From: an uncultured Acidobacteriota bacterium
Lineage (GTDB): Bacteria > Acidobacteriota > Thermoanaerobaculia > Gp7-AA8
Assembly: GCA_963822445.1 (NCBI GenBank)
Contig: CAWGHO010000003.1
Coordinates: forward strand, 1,472,001-1,536,000
DNA length: 64,000 nucleotides
Reading direction: 5' to 3'
A program made the position numbers and the translations under genes. Shown in pieces: positions 29,372 to 39,079 of this stretch. Under the pieces are notes generated by a model. The model was not told where the DNA came from, made no database searches, and saw only the letters and a program-made list of their open reading frames with translations. Each line of letters begins with the position of its first letter. Within the stretch, counting starts at the first letter, position 1.

Positions 29372-31955
29372 TTCGTACGATCGCGCGCTCGATCTGCCGC
29401 CCGCGCAACGCGAGGCGTTTCTCGCCGGCCATTGCTCGGATGACGTGCGGCACGAAGTGGAAGCGATGCTGCGCGAGCACGAGCCGCTCGAGATCGAAAG
29501 CGAGCTGCTCGCAGTTTCCGACGCGACTCTCGCCGAAGGAACGCGGATCGGCAGCTATCGCGTCAAGTCGTGGATCGGGCAGGGCGGGATGGGGGAGGTT
29601 TATCTCGCCGCGCGCGTGGACGCAGGTTTCGAACAGCTCGTGGCGATCAAAGTTCTGCGCGTGCCGTACGGCGGTCGCGATGCCGCGGCGCGCTTCCGCC
29701 GCGAGCGCCGCATCCTCGCGCATCTCGCCCATCCCGCGGTCGTCCCTCTTCTCGACAGCGGCGTCACGTCCGACGGGCGGCCGTATCTCGTCCTGCAATA
29801 CGTCGAAGGGTTGCCGATCACGCGCTATTGCGACGAGAAAAAGCTGTCGGTCGATGCGCGGCTGCGGCTCTTCGTCGACGTCTGTCGCGCGGTGCAGTAC
29901 GCGCACGGCCGGCTGATCATTCACCGCGATCTGAAACCGTCGAACATCCTCGTTACGCCCGAGGGGGAGCCGCGGCTGCTCGATTTCGGGATCGCGAAGG
30001 TGCTCGCGTCGGAGGGCGATGATCCGGAGACGCAGGTCACGCATCTCCAAGGCGCGCCGATGACTCCCGAGCGGGCGGCGCCGGAGCAGCTGCGCGGCGA
30101 GCTGTCGTCCACTGCCACCGACGTCTGGGCTCTCGGCGTTCTGCTGTACGAATTGGTCAAGGGCAAGCTCCCGTTCGCGGTGACCGGCCGTTCGCGGGAG
30201 GAGATCGAGCGAGCGGTGACCGCGGAACCGGAGCCGATGCGCCTTCGCCTGCGCGGCGATCTCGACACTGTCGTCGCGGTCGCACTGCGACTCGAACCGG
30301 ACCAACGCTACGCCTCGGCCGGCCAACTGGCCGACGACGTCGAGCGCGTTCTCGCCGGCCAGCCCATCCTCGCCCGTCCGCACGGCCTCGGCTATCGCGT
30401 CCGGCGGTTCGTCGGGCGCAATCACGCCGCCGTCGCCGCGAGCACGCTGGCGTTCGTATGTCTGATCGCGTTTTCCGTCGCGTCGATCGTGCAGGCGCGG
30501 CAGGTGATCCGCGAACGCGATCGCGCCGCGGCGGAAGAGGTGAAGGCGAACGCGGTCGTCGATCTGCTCGTGGAAGTGCTCGGCGGCGCCGCGCCGACCG
30601 CGGGGGCTCGAGGGGCGGTGGTGAACGTCGACGAGCTCCTCGCACGCGGCGAGAAGCGGGCTCGCGACCTCGACGGCCAGCCGGAGATCCAGGCCCGGCT
30701 GTGGCACGTACTCGGAAAAATTCAGCTCGACCGCAGCGGTCTCAGGAAAGCGCGGGAGCTTTTCGAGCTTGCGTACGCACGCGAGGCCGCGGTGGCCGGC
30801 GCGGGCGCCGCGCGGAGCCTGGAGATGGCGCTCGACCTCGCAAATGCCGAGCAGAAGCTGGGCAACAACCCGGCCGCGGAGAAGATCCTGCGCGGCATCA
30901 TCGCGCGCGTCGAGCGCGACGGCGGCGGCCCGGAGATTCACGCGAACGCGCTCAATCAACTCGGAACGCTGGTCAAAGACGAGCCGCTTCTGCAGCGCGC
31001 TCTCGGGCTGCGAAGAGCGATCGCCCCTCCGAAACCGATGCTGGTCGCCGACACGCTGAACGAGCTGGGAACGCTTGCGTACGAGGCTGGTGTACGCGAT
31101 ACGGCGGAGCGCTATTGGCGCGAATCGCTGGCGCTGGCGACCGCGGCGCTCGGCGCCGACCACCCGCAAGTGCTTTCCGTGAAGTCCCATCTCTCGCTGG
31201 TCGTCTCCGATGACGCGGAGCAGGAAGCGCTGTTCCGGAGCCTCATCGCATCGCACGAGACCCGGTTCGGCCGCAACAGCAGTGAGGCCGCACTCGCGTG
31301 GAACAACATGGGCGTGGCCATGGCCCGGCGCGGCAACCTCGCGGGCGCCCTCGCGGCATTCCGCGAGTCGGTCGATCGATGGACGATCATCGCCGGCCGC
31401 GATCATCCTCATACGCTCAACACGCGGAGGAGCATCGGCCGGATCTTCGAATTGACGGGAGATCACGAGAGTGCGTTGCGACACCTGCAGGCGGTGATCG
31501 CGGTGCTGCGCCGCCGGGGAACGGAGGAGGCGTTCCTGGCTGGCGTGCGCTCACAGGCCGCGATGGTGCTGTTGCGGGTCGGCCGGCCGGCGGAGGCGGA
31601 ACGCGAGGCGAGCCTTGCCCTGGCGGAGCTGAAACGTCTGGCGCCTGAGACCGCGAGCGCGCGCATCGGTGCACAGCTCATTCACGGAACGATCCTGTTG
31701 GCGCGGGGGCGGGCGGCGGAAGCGGAGGCGGAACTGCGGCCGCTCGTGCCTCTGCTCGCCGCGGTCCATCCGGCGGGCGACCCGCGCATCGCCGAGGCGC
31801 AAGTGATGCTCGCGCGAGCGGTGATCGCGCGGGGCCGGGTGGGGGAGGGGCGCGCAATCCTGGAAAAGCACCTCCCGGTATTTGCGGGTTATGGACTCGC
31901 GCATCCGGATGATGTCGCCGCAGCGCAGAGGGCAATGTCCGGATCTGCGCCGTAA
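29352..31955 (+). CDS. Membrane Ser/Thr kinase with C-terminal TPR repeats
   Basis: N-terminal ALDLPPAQREAFL helix, GQGGMGEVY, HRDLKPSN, DFG, one TM, LGADHP-type TPRs; overlaps the ECF gene. Confidence 0.93.
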   Translation: MWDEIADSYDRALDLPPAQREAFLAGHCSDDVRHEVEAMLREHEPLEIESELLAVSDATLAEGTRIGSYRVKSWIGQGGMGEVYLAARVDAGFEQLVAIKVLRVPYGGRDAAARFRRERRILAHLAHPAVVPLLDSGVTSDGRPYLVLQYVEGLPITRYCDEKKLSVDARLRLFVDVCRAVQYAHGRLIIHRDLKPSNILVTPEGEPRLLDFGIAKVLASEGDDPETQVTHLQGAPMTPERAAPEQLRGELSSTATDVWALGVLLYELVKGKLPFAVTGRSREEIERAVTAEPEPMRLRLRGDLDTVVAVALRLEPDQRYASAGQLADDVERVLAGQPILARPHGLGYRVRRFVGRNHAAVAASTLAFVCLIAFSVASIVQARQVIRERDRAAAEEVKANAVVDLLVEVLGGAAPTAGARGAVVNVDELLARGEKRARDLDGQPEIQARLWHVLGKIQLDRSGLRKARELFELAYAREAAVAGAGAARSLEMALDLANAEQKLGNNPAAEKILRGIIARVERDGGGPEIHANALNQLGTLVKDEPLLQRALGLRRAIAPPKPMLVADTLNELGTLAYEAGVRDTAERYWRESLALATAALGADHPQVLSVKSHLSLVVSDDAEQEALFRSLIASHETRFGRNSSEAALAWNNMGVAMARRGNLAGALAAFRESVDRWTIIAGRDHPHTLNTRRSIGRIFELTGDHESALRHLQAVIAVLRRRGTEEAFLAGVRSQAAMVLLRVGRPAEAEREASLALAELKRLAPETASARIGAQLIHGTILLARGRAAEAEAELRPLVPLLAAVHPAGDPRIAEAQVMLARAVIARGRVGEGRAILEKHLPVFAGYGLAHPDDVAAAQRAMSGSAP

Positions 31956-31982
31956 TGTCGCGAAGGAAAGCAGGAGGAGATC

Positions 31983-33626
31983 ATGAACCTGCTTGTCCGT
32001 TTCGCATTCCTTTGCTTCATCCCGTTCGGTCTCGCGGCAACGCTGCACGCGCAGCCGTACCCGAACGTCTGTACCGACGACTACTGGAGCAACACCCTGC
32101 GGTGCAAGACGTTCCCGCTCCAGGTCCCGCAGTTGAACTGGGGGAGTGTTCCCACCGCTGCGAGCCAGGTGAAGACGCACACGCGAGTCTTTCTGACGGA
32201 CGAAACCGATGTGCGCTGTCTCGACGGCACCTTTCCGGTGATCTACGTCGACAAGGCCGTCACGACGAATCCGTCGAACAAGTGGGTCATCACGCTCACA
32301 GGCGGCGGCGGTGCCCATCCCTATGACAGCGACGGCGACGGTGTCCGCGATGTGGTGAAGATCGCGGAGACGTATCTCAATGTCACGGAGCGCGATGAGA
32401 TGGGAACGTCGCGCGAGCCGCCGATGAAGAGCTTCGGCGGCATTCACCTGCGCGATGCGAGCAATCCGACGTTCTCCGATTACAACCGCGTCCGGATCGA
32501 GAAGTGCGGCTATGACCGCCATATGGGACGCGTCGCCTACACCAGTGCCCCCGGTACCGGCTATTTCACGGTCACGCCTCCCGGCGGCTCGGCCGTCAGT
32601 TTCGATTTGTGGCAACAGGGCTGGCAGATCCTGGAAGAGACCCTGGACGCGCTACGACCGGGGCTCACGTACACGACCTGGACCCTCGACGCGGCAGGCG
32701 CGATCGTGACCGATCCCGCGGCCACGCTACCGCCGCTCGACGATGCGGAGATGGTCCTTTTCGTCGGACATTCCGGCGCGGCGCACGGCCTGATGCACAA
32801 CACCGACCGGCTTGCGGCGATGCTGCCTCAGGCCGATGTGCGGGCGCTCTTCGACGCGAATTTTCTGCCGTCGATGGAAAACGAAGTGGGCTTCGACTCG
32901 ACACAGGCGGGGGAGACGGCCTACAGCGGTCTTTGGTCGGGGACGACGGACCGCGCCGTCGATCCGTTCTCGTACGACGGATACGGGTATCACACGACCA
33001 GCTTCATTTCCGACCAATACCTGATGTGGGGCGTTTACAACAACGGCCTGGACGCCTCCTGCCTCGACACGCATTACAGCCTTGATCCCGCGCTCGACGA
33101 ATCGTGGAAATGCCGCGACCGGCATCACGTCCTGCTCAATCACATCTCCACGCCGTTCTTCTTCCGCGAGGACTTTACCGACCCCAACCCCGAGCATCTC
33201 TATCTGGGTCTGGCGCACACGGTTCAGTGGGGTGATCCGGGGCTCTACAGTTTCTGCGATCCAGCAGGCAGCATTTGTCTTCCGGAACTGGACCCGGCCG
33301 AGTATCGCGAGCGCCTGCATGCGCAGGTCGAGGCCATGATTTACGAGTCGGCCATCAATTCCGAGCTGGCGACGGGCGCCGACACGAGCATGCCCGCCGG
33401 GACGAATTTCCCGACGTTCTACTCCTGGATGCCCTCTTGCGGAAAGCACGAAGGCGTCTTCGACACCGTTGAATTCACGGAGACGACGATGACGTACCGG
33501 ACGTTCGTGCACACGATGAATTCGTGGCTGGAGGGTTTCATGTCGCTTCCGCGCACGGACCTCCGCGGATTCCGCGTCGATCAGATGATTCTCGATGGGG
33601 ACAGCTTCACCACGCAGTGCCAGTGA
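31983..33626 (+). CDS. Secreted pectin-acetylesterase/Notum-like alpha/beta hydrolase
   Basis: Signal peptide; RCLDGTFPVIY, WVITLTGGG, YNRVRIEKCGYDRHMG, FVGHSGAAHG, SCGKH; AGGAGG RBS. Confidence 0.65.
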   Translation: MNLLVRFAFLCFIPFGLAATLHAQPYPNVCTDDYWSNTLRCKTFPLQVPQLNWGSVPTAASQVKTHTRVFLTDETDVRCLDGTFPVIYVDKAVTTNPSNKWVITLTGGGGAHPYDSDGDGVRDVVKIAETYLNVTERDEMGTSREPPMKSFGGIHLRDASNPTFSDYNRVRIEKCGYDRHMGRVAYTSAPGTGYFTVTPPGGSAVSFDLWQQGWQILEETLDALRPGLTYTTWTLDAAGAIVTDPAATLPPLDDAEMVLFVGHSGAAHGLMHNTDRLAAMLPQADVRALFDANFLPSMENEVGFDSTQAGETAYSGLWSGTTDRAVDPFSYDGYGYHTTSFISDQYLMWGVYNNGLDASCLDTHYSLDPALDESWKCRDRHHVLLNHISTPFFFREDFTDPNPEHLYLGLAHTVQWGDPGLYSFCDPAGSICLPELDPAEYRERLHAQVEAMIYESAINSELATGADTSMPAGTNFPTFYSWMPSCGKHEGVFDTVEFTETTMTYRTFVHTMNSWLEGFMSLPRTDLRGFRVDQMILDGDSFTTQCQ

Positions 33627-33627
33627 C

Positions 33628-33686
33628 CGGGGGAGAGCGAGCGCCCTGCTCGCCCGGCGTGGGGCGCCCCGCCCCACGCTCCCCCG
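33628..33686. repeat. GC-rich three-way palindrome (REP-like element or terminator)
   Basis: Outer CGGGGGA/TCCCCCG encloses GCGAGC-N5-GCTCGC and GCGTGGGGCG-CCC-CGCCCCACGC. Confidence 0.7.
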
Positions 33687-33721
33687 CCCGGCAGATTTCA
33701 TGCAGGTAGTAGAATGCAACC

Positions 33722-34126
33722 ATGGGCATGCCGGTGAAGCTCTCCGATGACCTCGTGAAGGACGCTCGCCAGGAGGCGGAGGCGACCGATCGGTCGCTCA
33801 CCTCGCAGATCGAGCACTGGGCGCGGCTAGGCCGCAAGGTCGAGCGCGTGCTCCAGCATGAAGACGTCTTGAACCTCAAACGCGCCGACGACTCGCCCTT
33901 CGCTCCGCCGACTCGCCGCGCCATTCTGACGGTGCTGCGGCAGATCGCTTCAGGCGCGGCGCGGACCGAGTTGGCGAAAACGCTTCGGCAAAACCGGACC
34001 GTTTATCAGGATGCCGGCGAGTCACGCATCGAGCGGATCGAGCGTGACGGCACGCGCACCATCGGCCGCTTCGTGAATCGCCGGTTCGTCGCCGACGAAC
34101 CGAAGCACGCCGCGCGTCGCAGATGA
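33722..34126 (+). CDS. ParD-like (RHH) antitoxin
   Basis: MGMPVKLSDDLV.DAR.EA...RSLTSQIEHWARLGR.VE. Confidence 0.82.
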   Translation: MGMPVKLSDDLVKDARQEAEATDRSLTSQIEHWARLGRKVERVLQHEDVLNLKRADDSPFAPPTRRAILTVLRQIASGAARTELAKTLRQNRTVYQDAGESRIERIERDGTRTIGRFVNRRFVADEPKHAARRR

Positions 34127-34716
34127 GCTCCCGCCGCGAGGCCTCACTGGTGCTCGTGGCGGTGGCGGGGCCGAACGGCGCCGGCAAGACGACGTTCGTC
34201 GAGATGTTCCTCCACCCGCTCGGCATTCGGGTGGTGAACCCCGACGCCATTGCCCGCGCGCTCTTCCCCGACGCGCCGGGAGAGGCGGCATATGAGGCGG
34301 CGCGCGCGGCCGACGCGGTCCGAGCCGACCTCCTTCGCCGCCGCGTCTCGTTCTGCATGGAAACCGTCTTCTCCGATCCCGCCGGCGCGAAGGTCGCCTT
34401 CCTCGAAGAGGCGCGAAAGGTGGGCTACTTCGTCATCCTGATCTTCATCGGTCTGGAGAGCGCCGATCTCTCGGCCGCCCGCGTGATGCAGCGGACCGAA
34501 GAGGGAGGGCATGACGTGCCTGACGAGAAGATCGGGTCCCGCTTCCCCCGCGTACTGGCGAATCTCGTCCGGGCTTTGCCGGTCGTCGATCACGCCTTCG
34601 TCTTCGACAACAGCTCGGCCGACGCGCCCTATCGCTTTGTCTCAGAGCTGAGAGGCGGCCGCATCGCGAAACGCGGTTCCGCGCGCCCGCGCTGGTGGAC
34701 TGCCCTCGGAATCTGA
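34123..34716 (+). CDS. Zeta-toxin-like P-loop kinase/ATPase
   Basis: AGPNGAGKTT, VNPDAIA, SFCMETVFS, RV.QR..GGHDVP.EKI..RF, FDNS. Confidence 0.85.
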   Translation: MSSRREASLVLVAVAGPNGAGKTTFVEMFLHPLGIRVVNPDAIARALFPDAPGEAAYEAARAADAVRADLLRRRVSFCMETVFSDPAGAKVAFLEEARKVGYFVILIFIGLESADLSAARVMQRTEEGGHDVPDEKIGSRFPRVLANLVRALPVVDHAFVFDNSSADAPYRFVSELRGGRIAKRGSARPRWWTALGI

Positions 34717-34741
34717 ACCGAGCGCATGGAGGGCGAGCACC

Positions 34742-35458
34742 TCACCGCCGGTGATACCACCACGGCACTTCCGTTTCGGCCCGCGGTTGCCTGCGCGCAC
34801 GCAGTCCGCCAAACAGCGCGATCAGCAGCATCCCCGCGAGGAATCCGCCGATGTGTGCAAAGTAGGCGACGCCGCCCATGTCCTGCGCATCGCGCACGCC
34901 GAGCGAGCCGACGCCGCTGAAGAGCTGCAGCACGAACCAGAGGCCGAGGATGATGATCGCCGGGATCTCGCGAACGGTGATGAAGACGAAGATCGGCAGC
35001 AGGGTCATGACCTGCGCGCGCGGGAACAGAATCAGATACGCGCCGAGCACTCCGGCGATTGCTCCCGAGGCGCCGATCGCCGGAATGCGCGAGCCCGGGC
35101 TGAAGATCGCGTGCGCGAGCGTCGCCAGGAACCCGCACAGCAGATAGAAGAGCAGGTAGCGCGTGCGGCCGAGGCGGTCCTCGATGTTGTCACCGAAGAT
35201 GGCCAGGTAGAGCATGTTGCTGCCGATGTGCATCAGGCTTCCGTGCAGGAACATCGACACCACGATCGTGTAGACGTCGAAGAACCAGTTGCCGGGAATC
35301 CAGTAGCGCGCCGGGATGAACGCGATCCGAAACAGCTCGGGCTCGAGATTCGGTCCGAGCGACAGCTGCCAGAGAAATGCCGCCACGTTGATCGCGATGA
35401 GGCTGTACGTCACGATCGGGACGGTGCGGCGGGGGTTGTTGTCGCGAAGAGGAATCAT
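34742..35458 (-). CDS. Rhomboid intramembrane serine protease
   Basis: MIPLRDNNP, SMFLHG..HI.SNM, IGASGAIAG, VAYFAHIGGF. Confidence 0.93.
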   Translation of the reverse strand: MIPLRDNNPRRTVPIVTYSLIAINVAAFLWQLSLGPNLEPELFRIAFIPARYWIPGNWFFDVYTIVVSMFLHGSLMHIGSNMLYLAIFGDNIEDRLGRTRYLLFYLLCGFLATLAHAIFSPGSRIPAIGASGAIAGVLGAYLILFPRAQVMTLLPIFVFITVREIPAIIILGLWFVLQLFSGVGSLGVRDAQDMGGVAYFAHIGGFLAGMLLIALFGGLRARRQPRAETEVPWWYHRR

Positions 35459-36288
35459 GGTCGGAGCCGTTCAGCGGCCGCGGACGGATCGATGATCTCA
35501 ACAAACGTGCCGGTTCCGAGCTCCAGGCCGGCGATGGCGGTCAGGCGCGGCATCACGTCGATGTATGCGTGCGCTTTCGCAGTCCGCGCAAAGTTCATGA
35601 AGGACCAGTTGAAGGCTGGAGCGACGCCCGACGTTGCGCGCGACACGCTGCGCAGCAGTTCCCCGAGCTCCGCGATCTCGCTGTCATCGAGATCCGCCAT
35701 CGCCGGAACATGCCGCTTCGGCACGATCCACTGTTGATAAGGCATGACCGAGGCGAATGGCGCGATCCAGCGAAACGCATCCGTCTCGGCGATCACGAAT
35801 TCGAGTGACGCACACAGCGGACAAGCGGCCGCGCCCGCGAAAGCGTCGCGCTCGCGAACGATCCGCGGCGGCACGAAAGGCAACGGCACGAGCTGCGAGT
35901 GCAGGTGAGGGATCGACGATCCCGCCTCGAGACCCTCGTTCTTGAAGAGCGCCGTGTATCCCGCGTCTCGATGAGCGCGATAGCGATCGACGTACAAGCG
36001 GACGACGTCCGCCGCATGCTGGATCGTCTCGAAGCGCGCGTCGTGATCGCGCGACTCGACGATCACTTCCGCGCCGTCGACGGCCGGATATTTGTTCGGA
36101 AAAACGCGCGCAAGCCATTGCGTTGAATCGCCGACACGGGAGATCTCAGCCGGGGTGTCGCTCTCGTGTCCGGGGCAGAAAGGGCAGGGCTCGCCAGTGG
36201 TTTCCGCGGTCACGAATGCGCCCTGCCGCGAGGCGCGCTGTGGGGCAAAAAGAATCTCTTCCCCGGTGATCACGTGCCTGCGGGACAC
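35455..36288 (-). CDS. Galactose-1-phosphate uridylyltransferase-like (GalT/HIT family)
   Basis: CPFCPGHE, PNKYPA, EVIVES..H, FKNEG..AGSSIPHLHSQ. Confidence 0.85.
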   Translation of the reverse strand: MSRRHVITGEEILFAPQRASRQGAFVTAETTGEPCPFCPGHESDTPAEISRVGDSTQWLARVFPNKYPAVDGAEVIVESRDHDARFETIQHAADVVRLYVDRYRAHRDAGYTALFKNEGLEAGSSIPHLHSQLVPLPFVPPRIVRERDAFAGAAACPLCASLEFVIAETDAFRWIAPFASVMPYQQWIVPKRHVPAMADLDDSEIAELGELLRSVSRATSGVAPAFNWSFMNFARTAKAHAYIDVMPRLTAIAGLELGTGTFVEIIDPSAAAERLRP

Positions 36289-36343
36289 GTCCGGAATCTA
36301 CCACGCCCTGCTACACTGCTTCTTTCCATACAGGAGGATTCCC

Positions 36344-37636
36344 ATGACGCAACTGGCGCCCGAGGTGACAGATTCGTCTTCCACCGATCCGCTCAAGCCT
36401 TCGCAGCGCTGGGTGGTTCTGGCCCTGGCCGGCGTCTTCGCGGCCCTACCGTTCTTCTTCATCGGCGACCTGCAGGTCCACAAGTACGAGATCCGCGACC
36501 TCCAGGCCAGCGGCTTCTTCTTCTCCCTCGGCCTCCTGCCGGGCGCGATCGGCATCGTCTACCACATCGTCACGGCCACCGGCCGGCGCTCGAAAGGGCG
36601 CGAGACCATTCAGCTCTATTACGCGTTCCGCAACTCACGTCCCGAGGCGCGGGCGCAGGAGAAGATCAGCTCGCACACGACCCAGGAAGGATCGACCGAT
36701 CCCCTAGGCGCGATCGCCGCGTCGCTTTTTCTGACGGGCATCTTCCTGCTCATTGCCGTCTTCGCCGGATTCGAGGCGTCGGAACAGAAAGGCTCCGCGT
36801 ACAACGGCGTGATCGGGATGATGTACGCCGGGATCGGCGCGTACGTAGCGGTGCTGTATTACATGGTTGCGCGGCTTTACGCGAACGCGCTTTCTTCGCG
36901 GTTCCTGATGACCAGCGCGTTGCGAACCGCCTCCGCGGTCGCCATCGGCTGGGTCTTCGGAATCGTCGGCGTGACGGCGTTCGCCGGCGTGCCATCCACG
37001 CCTGACGCCACCAGCACCGAAGCCCTCGGATCCCACGCGGTGCTGTTCATGGTGGGCCTGTTCCACAACATGGCCATCGAGGCTCTGCGCAAGAAGGCGT
37101 CGAAGATCTTCGGTTCGGCCGAGCAGGAAGAAACCCTGCCACTGACGACGATCGACGGAATCGACGACACGACGAGCGACCTGCTCACCGAGTATGGCGT
37201 CTCGTCGATTCAGCATCTCTCGACGAGCGAGCCGGGCGATCTGTGCGATCGCACGCTCCTTCCGCTGGATCGCATTCTCGACTGGATCGATCAGGCGCTG
37301 CTGATCCGCTACCTCCGCGCCAACGTCAAGGCGGCCCGCGGGATCGGCATTCGCGGCGCGATCAACCTGGCCCTCGTGCATGCCGGGAATGACACCAAGC
37401 TGCTGACGAGCATCGCCGACAAGGTGAACATGCCTCTCGGAGCGATCGACAACATCGGCCGCGAGCTTCGCGCCGATTACATGGTCGCGCTGATCTACGA
37501 ACTGCAGCAGGGGAAGCCGTTCCCGGCAACGCTGACCGCGTCGGCGCAACCGGCGACGACGCTCGTGGAAGCGTCGCCGATGATGCCGATCAGGCAGGAT
37601 GCCGCGGCGTCATCCGCGGTCCAGACGGCGAGCTAA
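36344..37636 (+). CDS. Multi-TM hypothetical protein with C-terminal HhH/DUF4332-like region
   Basis: AGGAGG RBS at 36332-36337; about six hydrophobic segments; LPLTTIDGID...LTEYGVSSIQHL...ILDWIDQA...GIRGA. Confidence 0.75.
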   Translation: MTQLAPEVTDSSSTDPLKPSQRWVVLALAGVFAALPFFFIGDLQVHKYEIRDLQASGFFFSLGLLPGAIGIVYHIVTATGRRSKGRETIQLYYAFRNSRPEARAQEKISSHTTQEGSTDPLGAIAASLFLTGIFLLIAVFAGFEASEQKGSAYNGVIGMMYAGIGAYVAVLYYMVARLYANALSSRFLMTSALRTASAVAIGWVFGIVGVTAFAGVPSTPDATSTEALGSHAVLFMVGLFHNMAIEALRKKASKIFGSAEQEETLPLTTIDGIDDTTSDLLTEYGVSSIQHLSTSEPGDLCDRTLLPLDRILDWIDQALLIRYLRANVKAARGIGIRGAINLALVHAGNDTKLLTSIADKVNMPLGAIDNIGRELRADYMVALIYELQQGKPFPATLTASAQPATTLVEASPMMPIRQDAAASSAVQTAS

Positions 37637-38209
37637 CACCAGCCGCTGCGCGATTCCGAGAAGCGCTCCGAGCGTAAGCAGGAGCGCCATCCACTCGGGG
37701 ATGCGCAATCCCGCTGGCGCGACCGCGTCCCAGCCGTTGCTGAAGAGGATGTGCGAGACGATCGGAAAGACCACCAGCGCGAGCACGAACTCGCCGCGGC
37801 CGACCGTTTCGTACGTGCGCTCGTGCCACGTTGCCTCGAGCTGCGTGCCGATGTAGCCGTTCAGCATGATGGCGATGACGGCGAGGAGGGCGATCTCCGG
37901 ACGGACTCCGCTGCCGAGGAGCCAGCCGGTGAGGAGCAGCACGTCGCTGACGCGGTCCGCGAAGTGGTCGAGGAAGTCGCCGAAGCGCGACGTCTTGTTC
38001 TGCACGCGGGCCACGATCCCGTCGAACGCATCGGCCAGCCCGCCAACGACGAGAAAGACGATGGCGATGAGGAACTCACGGCGGTAGAGCAGCACCGCGG
38101 CGGTTGCGTTCAGGGCGAGCGCGATCAGGGAGATGGCGTTTGGCGAGAGGGGACAGCGGCGGGCCATCGGCGCGAACCAGCGGTGCAACCGATCGCGCCA
38201 GACCTGCAT
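37610..38209 (-). CDS. CDP-alcohol phosphatidyltransferase
   Basis: SPNAIS, DAFDGIVAR....SRFGDFLDHFADRVSD. Confidence 0.92.
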   Translation of the reverse strand: MQVWRDRLHRWFAPMARRCPLSPNAISLIALALNATAAVLLYRREFLIAIVFLVVGGLADAFDGIVARVQNKTSRFGDFLDHFADRVSDVLLLTGWLLGSGVRPEIALLAVIAIMLNGYIGTQLEATWHERTYETVGRGEFVLALVVFPIVSHILFSNGWDAVAPAGLRIPEWMALLLTLGALLGIAQRLVLARRLDRG

Positions 38210-38218
38210 GCGCCGATA

Positions 38219-39079
38219 CTAGTAGATGATCACCTCGTCGCCCACGCTGGCCATCTCGTACAGCCTTGAGATGTCCTCGTTCTTCAGCCGCACGCACCCG
38301 TGAGACGCGTTCGTCCCAAGCTGCTTGACGTTCTGCGTTCCGTGCAGCGCGTAGCCGTCGCCGAGGTTGAGGCGGTGGGTGCCGAGGACGTCGGGGAATT
38401 GGCGCGCGGTCGTGCCGACTGGCGGAATCACCACCGCGCCGCCGCGAACGAGCAGCTGGCCGCCTTCCACCTTGTATCCGCTGGCGTAAACCTCGCTTCC
38501 GCTGGCGCAGAGATCGTCGATGCACTCGCCGTAGTCGAGATGTACCGCGCGCAAGCCGTTGTCCTGCGCCTCTTCGATGTAATGCCAGTCCGGCGGCACC
38601 CACTTCGGATCCGTTTCCTTCGAGCGGATGCGGAAGCGGCCGATCGGCGTCCGGAACACCTTCGTCTCGCCGCCGGTGAAGAGAGTCGTGTTCTTCCCGG
38701 TCGAGCAGATCGCGTCGAACACGAGCTGGCCGTTGCGGCGGGCGTAGACCCGGTTCTCGGCGGTCGAGACGGTGATCACGAAGTTGCTGTCGTGCAGGTC
38801 TTCGATCTGCTTGTCGGTCGAAGCAACGTCCGACTGCAGGTTCGTCACCCGCGTCGCGGACTGGGACATGGTCTTCTGCAGGTTCGCGATCTGCTGTTTG
38901 ATCTGCTGCTGGATCAGACGATCGATCGTCTCCACGCGCTGGAGCTTGCGCGCGTCGCTGACGGTGATCGCTTCGGCCGCAACCGCATAAAGCAACACGC
39001 CGACGCCCAGTACCAGCAGCGCCCACGATCCCAGCAGTCCAACCCATCGCGGCATTCGGTATCGCTCCTCAGTAGACAT
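38219..39079 (-). CDS. L,D-transpeptidase (YkuD) with TM and coiled coil
   Basis: CSTG, TPIGRF, P.WVPP, YALHGT...LGTNASHGCVRL. Confidence 0.93.
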   Translation of the reverse strand: MSTEERYRMPRWVGLLGSWALLVLGVGVLLYAVAAEAITVSDARKLQRVETIDRLIQQQIKQQIANLQKTMSQSATRVTNLQSDVASTDKQIEDLHDSNFVITVSTAENRVYARRNGQLVFDAICSTGKNTTLFTGGETKVFRTPIGRFRIRSKETDPKWVPPDWHYIEEAQDNGLRAVHLDYGECIDDLCASGSEVYASGYKVEGGQLLVRGGAVVIPPVGTTARQFPDVLGTHRLNLGDGYALHGTQNVKQLGTNASHGCVRLKNEDISRLYEMASVGDEVIIY

